A stretch of DNA of 50,586 bases, filler included, from Jimgerdemannia flammicorona (taxonomy: Eukaryota): assembly GCA_003990765.1 (NCBI GenBank). It is 2 parts of 2 records of this genome, joined end to end, with 100 filler letters (N's around TTAATTAATTAA, not from the genome) between each part and the next. Parts side by side here need not be neighbours in the genome. Positions count along the whole stretch, not along the records: positions 1 to 25,246 come from RBNJ01000862.1; positions 25,347 to 50,586 come from RBNJ01000863.1. One strand, given 5' to 3'. The notes beneath the pieces were generated by a model that was not told where the DNA came from, searched no databases, and was given only the letters and a program-made list of their open reading frames with translations. Below, piece after piece: positions 14,125-26,012 of this stretch. Numbering within the stretch: the stretch's first letter is position 1; each line of letters begins with the position of its first letter. The position numbers and the translations under genes are program-made.

Positions 14125-14155
14125 GGTGGGGGGAATGAATATAAAATAAAAAAAA
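14041..14155. repeat. Poly-A low-complexity tract
   Basis: Long A runs visible directly. Confidence 0.9.
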
Positions 14156-17130
14156 TGCAAATGGCTCACGGTTGTAAATGTTCCTTTCGAGTAATTGAAT
14201 AATACTTTAGTTTCAAGCACAAGAGAGGATGGTAATTTAGTGTTGCTCATCGGGTAATCAGAGATGGCTTTCTTACTTTTTTCATAAATGCATTCCTAAC
14301 GAGATTCATGGAGCGAAAGTCAACAAAGGAAAATATATTAAATCTATATTGATCGTGCATAAAGTTTCAGTGAAGGTCTAAAAATACCAGCACTACTTTG
14401 AACGTTCCTATGCTCTTCTTGGCCTTGATTCAACAACACGCAGCCTAAGGCTCTGAGATCATTCGCCACACCAGTGCCATACATCAATGCGCATATATTT
14501 CCGCGTAGGTGACACGCATATCTACCGTGGGAATAGAGTTTGTACAAGATTGTTATATTGGCTAAAAGTTCGCCCGGTAAAGCCAGTGCGGATGAGTCAA
14601 AAGACATGCATCATGCCAAACTAACTGCCGTAACCATTGATTCCGCGCACGAAATTGCTCATTCCTTCGCATTGAAGCTCGCAGGCCGTATTCCACAATA
14701 AGGCACCCCCGAGATGGATAATCGAACGCCACCACTCAAAAACAAGCCAGTCACGCCAGCAACGCCAATCCAATCTGCTTACAGGGCTTCGTCTGTTCAG
14801 GGCGGAACAGTGCTCGGGTGCCTGGACCCACAAGCATGGTGCGTCGGAGCGGGTCGGGACAGGGGCAGGGCGGGGCGGGGCGGGGCGGTGATTGAATATG
14901 TAATTGTTGTGTGGGATTTAATAGATAGGCAGAGAGGATTGGTTAGCGATGATTTTTTGGGTGGTGCCGTTTGTTTCTCCCTTCCATTTGCAGAAAGGAG
15001 TTATTTCGTTGGCCCAGCTTGCCCTCGGACATCAACTCCATGATACCATTCACTCACTGTTGACTGAAGCTTGAGCGTTTGAGGTATTTCGACATCGGTT
15101 TCATGATCCGGGGCTGGCGCGCTCCTAACAGTTCTATGCCAGCTGTATCAACACCGATCACATCAACGAAAATGTGATCTCCAACTATCCAGCTAAAAAG
15201 ATGGAATGTCTAGACATGGTCGTAACGGTCCGGGTTGCATCTGAGTTACGAGAAGGCTCAATGAGGATCGATCCGCAGAATAGGTATCAGGGGTTCAATT
15301 TTAAGAGTATGCGTGTTCTTTAGTTCCGGAGAAGGAGGTCTCCGCGTCAAAGATCGCCGCTTGCTGTCTGCATCTGGGTGCTATTACTAATGTCCAATAT
15401 GTAGCGCTTCATCTATGCAGGCAGAGATACCACGTAACAATCATTTGTGCAGAGATCAGGTATCGATACAATGGATAGTTGGGGGTTTACTTTACACAAA
15501 TAATTGTCAAAGGGTTGTAGAGGCATTATGATATAATACGAATTCATTGCATCAATGAATTCAGCGCGACGTCGAAGAGGTTCACTACATCTCTGTCACA
15601 CCAAGGCCAGCCTCGCTGCTTCTTTTCTGGGGGGAACAAAAACCGGTTCATAAAAATCCATTATCCGGTGGTGGAATTGCCTTGCCGATCTTGCCTTGTT
15701 GTTTGCCGGCGCTTTTTGTAGTAGCCTGTGTCGATTCTTTCTTGGTCTTATCATTGGAGGAATGGCTCGTATTTTACCGTCTATCCCATGATTACTAGCC
15801 TCGAGATCAGGAATACCCATGACGATTGCGAATTGTGTAATGGAAGTGAGGATGTTGAAGAGACGAAGATAAAGAAACAACCTATGGTGAGATAAAGGGA
15901 TTGGGATGTTGGGTAATGGGTACGTGAGCAAGTGGGTTGGCGAAATGTAAGTTAATATGCTTTATAATGGCGGCGATTCCAGTTAAATGCTGTTTCGTAT
16001 CAGAGTACAAGGAATATGCGGGGTTTTGTTCGAAGCTGACTGCTTAGACAATGTTCTAACATTCCACCATCTCTATTAATTTTGTTGTTCATTATAAATC
16101 GCATTCTGCTCCACCATCCTCTATTTCAAAACTCCAGTTCATAACAAAAACGTAAGTTACTCCGCCTGCATTTAATATATTTTATTTTTTTATTTGGCGC
16201 GTGCCATTTACGTCGCAGATTTAAACGGCCAAATTGTCATGCACACCCGTTTGGCCATTCATGATATATCCGTCGGATCGCCATGTTCACTTGTGTCGCT
16301 GTTATACAGACTCCGCGAGAGCACAGCTACCGTATCGAGAGCAGTGACATGCCTTCATCGCACCATTTTAAGCGATGAATCATCGCCAGTTTGGGTGATA
16401 GGTCTTTGGAGCGGAACATTATGGATTGGAGCAGCGGACTTGTGGATTGCGAGTATGACAAACCGATCAATAGGTAGGTGAAAACAATTGGAAAGATGGG
16501 AATCTGCAGTCCTAGCATGCCCTACCACGCCATTAGCATGTCGGGGCCGATTGCCGTGTTGTTTAACATATCTATATTAAGGACTGCAATACAAAAATGT
16601 GAACGGAACTACTTGGTTTGGTTTGTTTTTTGTTTTTTTAAAAAACAAAAAACAAAAAACAAAATAAACAAACACGGTTGGATACACACCGGACAACTTT
16701 ACCGCCCTTCTGCTCACATAGATCACCAGGTGGTTTCTCAAATCGGACACTCGGGGTACGCATAAGGGTCGAGGGCACAAATTTAGCGATGAAATAATCG
16801 AAAATAAATAACAGGCGAGTGTAAATTCATTCACATGTGACGCAAACCTGACAGTATCAACAGGAATCTGTTCACATGGTTGCGTGTGTGTGAACAGATT
16901 TGCCTGTGCTCTCTTTTCCCAATAAACTTAGTGCTATCACATTTCCTCTCCAAATTCCCTATACGCGGTGTATGACGTCGTAAGCAAAATCTAAAAGCTA
17001 TTACGAGTGGGTTTTCCCGTGCCCTCCATAATCTACAAAACAACAAACAAAAAACAAAAAAAACAAAGCATAAGTTTTTAATCTGGTTTACGACAAGCCG
17101 AACATTTCGATTTTTTGTAGATCTTACGCC

Positions 17131-18362
17131 TGAGCGGCAATTAACGAATCAACAGTTGACATTTGTTTATATCCTTTTTTCAGTTCACGAAACATCGGAG
17201 GTAGAGAAGCTGTTGGAAAGGCGTATAGAGCAGATACTTTATGACGAGAAAGGTATCTGCGAGTAATGCCGGTTGTGATGAGTATTTTAATCATATTTGA
17301 TATTCCGTTTGCAAGGATAATGGAAACAGCAGGATGCACATACTCCCAACGCACGTGAAACAGCGCTCGTCGTATACATTCTCGAGTAGCGAGTATCGAC
17401 GCAGCAGGCTCTTTTACAAACCGCCAATAGTTCCGCGGTAAAATGCAGCATGCTGATTCGGCTACGGATTGCGAGGGCGAACGTGATGCGGACCACGGAA
17501 ACAAACGTGATCCTGAACTTCTCTCACGTCCCATTTGCAAGTGAGGACAAGAACTACTCATTGAATGTTGGGGACGTATTTTTGGAAAGGCGCATCGAAC
17601 AGATATTTTATGACGAGAAAGGTATCTGTGCGTAATGTCGGTTGTGATGGATACTTTAATCGTATTTCATATTCCGTTCGCAAGGGTAATGGAAACAGCA
17701 GGATACACATACTCCCAACACACGTGAAAAAATAGCCCTCGTCGCACACATTCTTGAGCAGCGAGTATCGACGCAGCAGATTCTTTTACAAACCGCCAAT
17801 AGTTCCGCGATGAAATGCAGCATGCTGATTTCGACTACAGGTTGTGGAGGGCGCGGATCACGAAAACAAACGTGATCCTGAACTTTTCTCACGTCCCATT
17901 TGCAAATGAGGACAAGAATTGCTCATTGAATGTTGGATATGTATTTGTTGAGCGGCAATTAACGGATGCACGGTTGACGTTTATTTATATCCTTTTTCAG
18001 TCCACGAAACATCGGAGATGGAGAAGCTGTTGGAAAGGCGTATCAAGCAGATACTTTATGACGAGAAAGGTATCTGCGCGTAATGCCGGTTGTGATGGGT
18101 ATTCTAATCGCGTTTGATTTTTCGTTCGCAAGGATAATAGAAACAGCACGATATACATACTCGCAACGCACGTGAAACGACGCTCGTCGCATACATTCTC
18201 GAGCAGCGAGTATCGACGCAGCAGACCCTTTTTACAAACCGCCAATAGTTCCGCCAAGTGCGCGCGGTGAAATGCTGCATGCTGACTTCGACTACGGGTT
18301 GCGGAGAGCGAACACGATGTGGACCACGGAAAAAAAAAAAAAAAAAAACGTGATCCTGGACT
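17131..18362 (+). repeat. Tandem triplication of a ~450-bp unit resembling decayed exon-intron sequence
   Basis: Anchor TTGGAAAGGCG at 17213, 17582 and 18030 (periods 369 and 448). Shared blocks TATGACGAGAAAGGTATCTG, GCGAGTATCGACGCAGCAG, TTACAAACCGCCAATAGTTCCGC. Copies diverge and contain stops. Confidence 0.9.
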
Positions 18363-19159
18363 TGGATCCATCGGGGATGCTTGTGACGTCGTCGCTCCTA
18401 CCGTCGAGCAAAACGAGCATGGAGCTGTTCTCCGTGTCCCCGCCTAGCCATTCCGCTCGCGTGCTCTATTCATTGTCAATTTGAATGGTTTCTTCCCGAA
18501 GACGACGGATGTTCTCCTGGAGCACACGAGGTAGGTTATGCCCTTCAACGCCTCCAAGCATACGCTTCTGTCGTGTCATCAATTGGACTTCACAAGTGGT
18601 GGTATGGGCCAGTCATCAGTTTACACCGGCCAAGGAAGCTCATGAGGAACATCGACGCGTTCGTGGATACCTCTCAACATGACATTGCTTTCATTTACGA
18701 CATCTCCCCGAACAACAATTGTCGTCCTGGACATCCTCGTAAATCGAAAACAACTCACAATATAAGGTGCATGATGAAATGAGGGAACCAGCAACCGTCG
18801 GCGCGAGAGAGAAGCATTTTCGTCGAATTGCTTTGGAAACTACGAATTCAGGGTTGGCTTCCACGATTGTGCTTGCTTTTTCTCGACCAACGGGCGCGAT
18901 CTTCCCGTCCGCGTTGTCCGGTTATATTCTTATATTCCTGGCGGTTACGTTTCATCGACTTCTCGTGTGCGCGAACCCATTTTGCCAAAAAAAAAAACGC
19001 ATCATGCATGAATGCTTTACGGCGCAACGTTGAAACCGTTCTTGCTAGCCAGTGGAGCACTACATCGTGTTACAACGTGCCCAGGGCCCCTTCAAAACTA
19101 GAAAAGGATAGCGACACAACTTCATTCCCTTCAAGTCACCTGCAAAAAGCGATCCTAAA

Positions 19160-19232
19160 CGAGCCTACCAGGGGTCGAACCTGGAATCTCCTGATTCGTA
19201 GTCAGGCGCCTTATCCATTTGGCCATAGGCCC
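19160..19232 (-). tRNA. tRNA-Arg (anticodon ACG), second identical copy
   Basis: Exact reverse complement of 7874-7946. Confidence 0.97.
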
Positions 19233-19648
19233 ATTTCTTATTTGTGAAATTATATAAATATATATAGAATATTAGGAATCCCTAGAGAGGGATTGCGTCA
19301 AAAAGGAATTTTGCATCTGTATGCAATGAAAGGAAAGGCCGCGTACACATTGGCCGACCATTGGCCATTATTCTCGAGCTGGCAGAGTTATGGAAATACT
19401 TGGAGCGGTCGACTTGAAAGTATTACATGCATACCGGCATTCAAATGAAGAAATTCTTATTAAAAGCACTTCGAAGATGTTATTGAGTACAGAATTTCCC
19501 ACTTGCCAATGGCGACATTCCTACTACCTAAATCCCCACGAGAAGCACAGTGGAGGAAAAGGTTCTGAGCTTTCTCGATCCAACGAATGAACCTGTCCAA
19601 TATATATATTCTTCGGCACATTTGCTCGACCACCGTTCCCAAACCCCA

Positions 19649-20592
19649 TTAAAGCCGGGCGGAGTGGCTTTCCACCATTTTAGCTACGTCTCGCATTTCG
19701 ATAGCCAGATCCCTCCACCTATCCAGCACTATCTGGAGCTCCTGCCCTTGGATGGCCCAGGACCCTGCAGCTTGGCCAGCGTCTAACTTGAAATCCTCAA
19801 GGATTGTCTTGAGATTTTTTAAGCGGGAAGACGTATAGAGGAGATATGTCTTCTGATCCGCGACGGCCGTATGGGTAGTCGAGATTCTAGATTGGAGATT
19901 CTGAGCTTGACTGTGGTTTTCCCTCCGGCGAGCAATATTATCGGAGAGGGCTAGTGTTTCGCGTGTTCAAGTTCAAAATGTAGAGAATATTAGTGCCAAC
20001 GTTGTCTTTGTATAACGAAAGCTTGGCATTACGAGCGGGTTTACATACCTTTCTCCTTTTTCTTTAAAAGGCCGCCCAACCAGGATCCTACCGCCAACAA
20101 ACCACTTATTTCAGAAATTTTTTCGACTCCATTTGCGACAAGTTCTACCAACCGTCTGACCTTCTCTGTCATCTCAATACTCGTATTTTCACGGATCAAG
20201 AACCTGTTCATTTTCTCCCCAATTTTCAGCAATCCTTCCTTGACGTCGCCAAAACTTTCTGCTAGCTTGTTCGACTCGGTATCCATATTGCTGCACCGTC
20301 GCACGAGTCGATCGAGGTTCCGCTGCGCCAGGGCTACAGGTGTTTGGGTTCCGAGCTGCCGGAGCGTATTGCGGATCTCTCTCGCCTGATGGACGAAGTC
20401 CGAGGCGAGGTCGGCTAGATCCTCGAGTGCTCTACTGAACCGTGCGTATTCATCGTAGATCTCGGTGAAGGTTGGGTTGATGTTCGCGAAGTCTTGGAGT
20501 TCGATGAATAATTGGACACACGCGGAAAGGCCTTGGTCCCAGAGCTGGGTAGTGTTAACTTCGAATAACTGAAGAGCAGCTTGGGCGGTCAT
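19649..20592 (-). CDS. Uncharacterised ~281-aa helical/coiled-coil protein with one central hydrophobic Gly-rich segment, 2 exons
   Basis: Exon 20592-20049 (MTAQAALQLF...GGLLKKKEK), GTATGT...CTAAT...TAG intron, exon 19950-19649 (ALSDNIARRREN...VESHSARL*). Frame is preserved across the splice. Confidence 0.75.
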
Positions 20593-21408
20593 GATCGGGA
20601 AGGCTAATTTGCGTTGGAAAGCCTGAGGAATACTACATGGCAGATTATTTATTAGATTAGAAATAATGCACAGCTTCATTTTCCACTGGGGCCGCATTCA
20701 TTAATGCTAGATAGATTAATATCACAGCTCATATGCTCGGATATTGAAGATGAATCAACACCCATCACATTGATGTATTGGGAACAAGCGTAGAGAAAAG
20801 GTGCAGGATGGAAGCTTGTGATGCGACACCCAAGATGTATATCCTGTATTACAAAAAAGTTTATTCATAGTTAGGCTTTTTTATAAGTTCTTATTCAAAA
20901 AAAAAAACTCAAAATCTATATAGGCAAATCGTAATGTGCTGCGCGCACTGCCAGGTATATATACGCCTGGCAAGGACGCACTCCAAATCACCGTCCGCAT
21001 TGACTTTCAGAATCCTGCTCTCGACCGGGGTCGATCACAGGTCTCTTACTCGCGTCTACTATCTTGGTCTACAGTGGGCTGCGGCACGCCGATCATCGCG
21101 TGCGTCACAAGAGGGGGGGCCGATCGGTTCGGGCCGATGATGCCGCTGGGCCGCTGGCACGTTGACTTGGGCTTTGTGGTGGACCGGACAAAAAGCCAAT
21201 TGAGCACAAAGAGATCCATCCGCAGTAAATTGTGAGTGGACCAATCGATTGCGGCGGTGTTTTCAAACCATGGAGCGGATACCCCACACCTACATGGACC
21301 TCGAAAACTCTCAGGCAAGTCTGCGCGTCATCTCGGCGCTGATTGGCGCGACTGTGCCACCTTTCTGGAATAAAAAATTCCAAGAGGGGAATCCGATAGG
21401 GCCAGCGA

Positions 21409-21416
21409 TATAAATA
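21409..21416 (+). promoter_or_regulatory. TATA box upstream of MBF1
   Basis: TATAAATA ~115 nt upstream of the ATG, followed by a pyrimidine-rich leader. Confidence 0.55.
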
Positions 21417-21524
21417 ATCCCACCACGAAGCCCTCTCTCTCATCTGCATTGTCCTTACATCATCTGTACATACCACTTCACTCTTTCACTTTTAACCTTA
21501 CCTTTCCCCCCAAACGAACAAATA

Positions 21525-22368
21525 ATGAGCGACGATTGGGATTCTGTTACCGTTATCCGCAAGCGCGCGGACCACGCCAAGGTCACTCGCAGCCAGTCGG
21601 ACATCAACGCGGCGAGGAGGGTTGGCGCCGTCGTGGCTACTGAAAAGAAGAGTATGTCGTCTTTTTTCCACTTCCCATCAAAAAGTCGATTGCGAAAAGC
21701 TCCCCCTCCCCTGACGCTCACCCTCCTCCCTTCATCCATCCATTAGCCACCACGACCAATAAGGGTCACGCGCCCACAGACCATCAGCGTATTGCTAAGC
21801 TGGACCGCGAGAACGAGGTTGCCCCCCCGCCCAAAGTGGACATGTCGGTCGGCCGCGCGATCCAGCAAGGCCGCCAGGCGCTGGGCTTGACGCAGAAGGA
21901 TCTCGCTCAGAAGATCAACGAGAAGCCGCAGGTGGTGAGTGTTCGAAACGGTTTATATATATATATATATATATTGAGGGGGGGGAGGAAATGTGGAGAG
22001 AGGGATATAGAGGAGGAAATATAGAGGGTGGCCCAAGAGCGCAAAGAGAAATGGGACACTTGCTGGGTCTTGCGTGGATTTAGCGCCATTTCCCGAGGAT
22101 TTGGCGGGCCAATGTCATACTTACGCAACAACCCACTCTTGTGCTCGCGAGACTAAGACGCCCGGTGCATTTTCAAATCATCGGAACCTTCATCTAACCA
22201 CCTCTACCATTCTCTCCTCATCTCTTCCCCTCGTCTCAGGTCAACGAATACGAGGCCGGCAGGGCCATCCCCAACCAACAGATTCTGGGCAAGCTCGAAC
22301 GCGCGCTCGGTATCAAGTTGCGCGGCAAGGACATTGGGTCTCCCCTGGGCGGGCCCAAGAAAGGTTAA
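21525..22368 (+). CDS. MBF1: Multiprotein bridging factor 1, 3 exons
   Basis: Exons 21525-21651, 21747-21934, 22240-22368. [14 protein letters not shown]...IAKLDRENE...[45 protein letters not shown] is the MBF1 HTH signature. Confidence 0.96.
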
Positions 22369-22998
22369 GCTGCCTCGGGAGGGGGCGCTAATATCTCAAC
22401 ATCGGGTGTTTAGATAATGATGATCCGGAAAATCTTTTACGTGTGTGTAGTTTGAGGTGGAATGCTGGGCGAGAAGGTTATGATATTTTTGTTTAATGGC
22501 TTCTTTTACCATATGCACATATTGTAAATGTAAAAATGGCATGAGTTCTGTCTAGCTTTCGGCGACAATATAGTCGGAAAAATGAACATATTTGGTTGTG
22601 GTGTATGGTACAGGATGGCGGCAAGCGGATGAAAAACCAAGGATCTGTGGCGATATGCCTATAAACGAGTAGCGAACGTTTCATGGCGAATTCTATTCTA
22701 TTAAATGTGACGATGGAGCTTACATGTCTGCATATAACTTCCCTGATAAGGATAAGACCTGGGATGTGGCGCAGAAGAAAGGGGGCATTTATCGATTTCC
22801 AATATCATTATAACGCCGGATTACCCATGTAAGAAGACCATGGTGCACAGACACGCGGTGCACGTGATAAGCGTATGATTAGGAGCAGAAAAGGGCAATC
22901 TGCATTGGAAAAAAGTGACTTCGGAACTAAACACATATATATATTGTATCTTTTTTTTTTTCATTTGGTATCTAACTCAAACCCAACCCCCAACGAGA

Positions 22999-24191
22999 AT
23001 GTCTAAACCCCCCGAAGCCGTCATCGAGGTCATCTCCCTTCGCGACGGCAAGGCCTCTATTGAGCACCAAATCGACATCCATGGTATGTACACCACCTTC
23101 CCCCTCCCCTTGCCATCACTTTCCTGTCTCGCTCCACCCACCCCTCTTCCCTCCCAACTTATCATCCCCTCCCCCCCAACTCATCATTCCCACCCCCCAT
23201 TATTAAACCCACAGTGCTCGACCTGGTCGACGTCGCCAACAACACTGACATATCTCTCCGCGAGGTCCTGGAGGGCTTGCGCTATGTGATGGATTTCCGT
23301 CTCAAGGGCAGCCGCCAGCCCAACCTAGAGCCTGAGCTCATGCGCCGCCTGTGCGAGGGCCTGATGCTCAACATGGGTCATACTGAGGGCGTGCTGCTCA
23401 GGAAGAGGACCACCGAGGAGGCCGATATGGCGTTCTCGCTGTTTGGAGAGTTTTTGGAAGAAGGTTGGTGGGCGAAATTTCATATATCGGACATGAGTGG
23501 AGCTGCTGAGAGGAGGAGCTCAGCGGGAAGGGGAAATACCTAAGCTACTATCATAACAAGTTTGAAGTTTTATTTGTTGGATCGAGCATCGTTCCACGCC
23601 ACATTACTTACCCTCTCATCATTACCACTCCCAACATCCTTACAGTCGAAGAATTCCGCACGATCGTCTCCACCAAACAAATCTCCGACCTACGCCACTC
23701 ACTCAAGATCCACTACCGTTGCCAGCCCTCCTCGACCCTTTCGCAGAAGCAATCCGCCGTCTCCATCATCCACCTCCTGACTACCTCCTTCGCACATCTC
23801 GCCGACTGGCGCGATCTTGTCAAAGAGTCCGAGCAGGACGACATGGAACGCTTGCTCGCCTCCCCGATCGCCAAGGAGGTCATCTCCGCAGAGAAGTCCG
23901 GCAGGGTCATGCAACCATCCGCACCCTTGCTTCCGCCCCCCGCCCTTTACTTTGATCGTAGCGTCCCAAAGCTCATGAAGATGTTCCCTAGTTCAGATCC
24001 AGAGAGGGGGTTGCCAAGCGAGGCTGTGCCCGCGTTGTTAGAGCGGTATGGGCTGAATAAATTGCCCGATCCGCCCAAGCCGAGTGTATGGAGGATGTTG
24101 TGGACGCAGTTGACAGATTTTATGGTGTTGATCTTGTTGGCCGCTAGTATTGTTACCGGTGCCGAGCAGGTGGGTTTACTGGATGTGAAGT

Positions 24192-24229
<38 letters not shown>

Positions 24230-25207
24230 CGCAACGAAATTACAAAGTTAAAGCTCACATCTATTCCAACCCACCCCACAGGACTTCAAAGGCATGGCTG
24301 TTCTCCTAGTCGTCATTGTCCTCAACACGGCCATTGGCTTCACGCAGGAGTGGAAAGCAAGTCGTGCCCTTGACGCCCTCATGCGCCTCGGCGTCCCGCA
24401 GGCTCAAGTCATCCGCGACGGCAAGGCCCAGCACATTGATTCCTCCTTGCTCGTCCCGGGTGATATCGTCATCCTAGATGAGGGTGAGTCCGTGCCTGCC
24501 GACCTGAGGCTCATTGAGGTTGCACAACTCGAGGCTGTCGAGGCCGTGCTTACGGGGGAAAGCTTGCCAGTTTTGAAGAGCATCGAGGCGATTAAAGTTA
24601 GGGTGGGTAGTGCATTTTTTTGGAACCAGTTATCTGCAACTTCGACCACCACATTATCCCGCACGACCCTTACCTCACCTCCTCCACTTCACTCCACGCA
24701 CTTTAGTCCCGCAAGCTCCCACTGGGCGACTGTCGCGGCAACGCCTTCATGACGACTGTGATCGCGCGGGGCCGCGCCAAGGGTTTGGTGGTGCGCACGG
24801 GTGCCGACACGGAGATCGGTCGGATCTCGACGGCAATTTCTGCGGGCGCCAACAGCAAGATGCGCACGCCCATCCAGCGCAAGCTGTCCCGCCTTGGGAA
24901 GTACCTCGTCCTGCTCGCCATCGTACTGTGTGTGCTCGTCGTCGTCATCGGCATTGCCTGGAAGAATCCAATTAGGGAGATGGTGAATGTTGGGTTGACG
25001 TGAGTCGCGGTTATATATATTTATTAGGGTGAAGGAAGACTTGTTGAAGTGGGGAAAGGATTTCTCGTTGGTCATGTCGTCCATATACGAATTGACCGAT
25101 TTCAATCTAATGACACATCACAGTCTTGCCGTCTCGGTCATTCCCGAGGGTTTGGTCGCTGTCGTGACCGTGACAATGGCGTTGGGCGTGCGGAGGATGG
25201 CAGCAAG
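22999..25207 (+). CDS. P2-type cation-transporting ATPase (Na/K/Ca), 5' part only, truncated at the assembly join
   Basis: Exons 22999-23083, 23215-23463, 23646-24169, 24282-24602, 24707-24999, 25124-25207. Motifs YGLNKL, IGFTQEWKA, LVPGDIV, VPADLRL, LTGES, TEIGRI, TPIQRKL, VIPEGL. The DKTGT motif is not reached. Confidence 0.92.
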
Positions 25208-25246
25208 GTAGGTTTTGATGACGATGGTTGCTGTGTGTTTTTTTTT

Positions 25247-25346
25247 NNNNNNNNNNNNNNNNNNNNNNNNNNNNNNNNNNNNNNNNNNNNTTAATTAATT
25301 AANNNNNNNNNNNNNNNNNNNNNNNNNNNNNNNNNNNNNNNNNNNN
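25247..25346. other. Artificial contig-joining spacer
   Basis: 44 N + TTAATTAATTAA (stops in all six frames, 25291-25302) + 44 N = exactly 100 nt. Confidence 0.95.
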
Positions 25347-26012
25347 GGATATGGAGGAGGAGGATATAGAGGAAAGCGGTTCGGAATATATGGAGGAAGA
25401 TGGTTCGGAATATGAGAAGGAGGAGGATCAGTTGGTTTATAGCGATGAAGAGGAGGATCAGTTGGTTTATAGCGATGAAGAGTAAGATCTATTCACACCG
25501 GTAAGTTCTTTATTTTCCTGATTTACTTCCTATTTATTTCCGATTTCATTTTGATTTCTGATTCCTAATTATGTTTCTGTTTGTTTATTCTAAATATATA
25601 TCTTAGATGTGTAATATATTTTTTTTGGTGCCTTGTAGCTTAAAGGCGGATTAAAGATGGGTCTGTATCAGGTTAAATATGGGTCAGGGTCGGGTCACGT
25701 ATATTTCTCAGGTCGGGTCATGTATATTTCTCAGGTCGGGTTATGTATATTTCTTGGGTTGGGTTAAAGATGGGTTACATATAATTCCGAGTCAGGTTAA
25801 AGACGGATGACGTACGTTTCCAGGTCGGGTTAAAGATGGGTGACGTAAAATTCCGGGTCGGGTTAAAGATGGGTGACGTATTATTCCGGGTTGGGTTAAA
25901 GACGGGTGATATATTATTCCGGGTCAGGTTAAAGATGGGTGATGTCTAATTCCAGGTTGGCTGTTTTACGGGTCAGGTTTTGGGTTAATCGGGTCGGGTT
26001 TGCGGAGCACTA
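25347..26012 (+). mobile_element. Right end of a hAT-like DNA transposon
   Basis: Acidic ORF tail (EEDQLVYSDEEEDQLVYSDEE*, TAA 25483-25485), then ~10 subterminal repeats of CGGGTCGGGTTAAAGATGGGT-like (~25650-26000). The terminus reads TAGTGCTCCGCAAACCCGACCCG on the minus strand; gypsy protease sequence follows at 26013. Confidence 0.6.

Noticed and set aside
13700..15931. Short minus-strand ORFs and exon-like pieces (e.g. ECIYEKSKKAISDYP..., MGIPDLEASNHG...)
   Set aside because: No stop-free spliced model or recognisable domain.
25291..25302. Perfect palindrome TTAATTAATTAA
   Set aside because: Centred in N runs; assembly linker, not biology.
25650..26000. Telomeric repeats (GGGTTA-containing)
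   Set aside because: Units are ~21-32 nt rather than (TTAGGG)n and end in a TIR-like terminus; better explained as transposon subterminal repeats.
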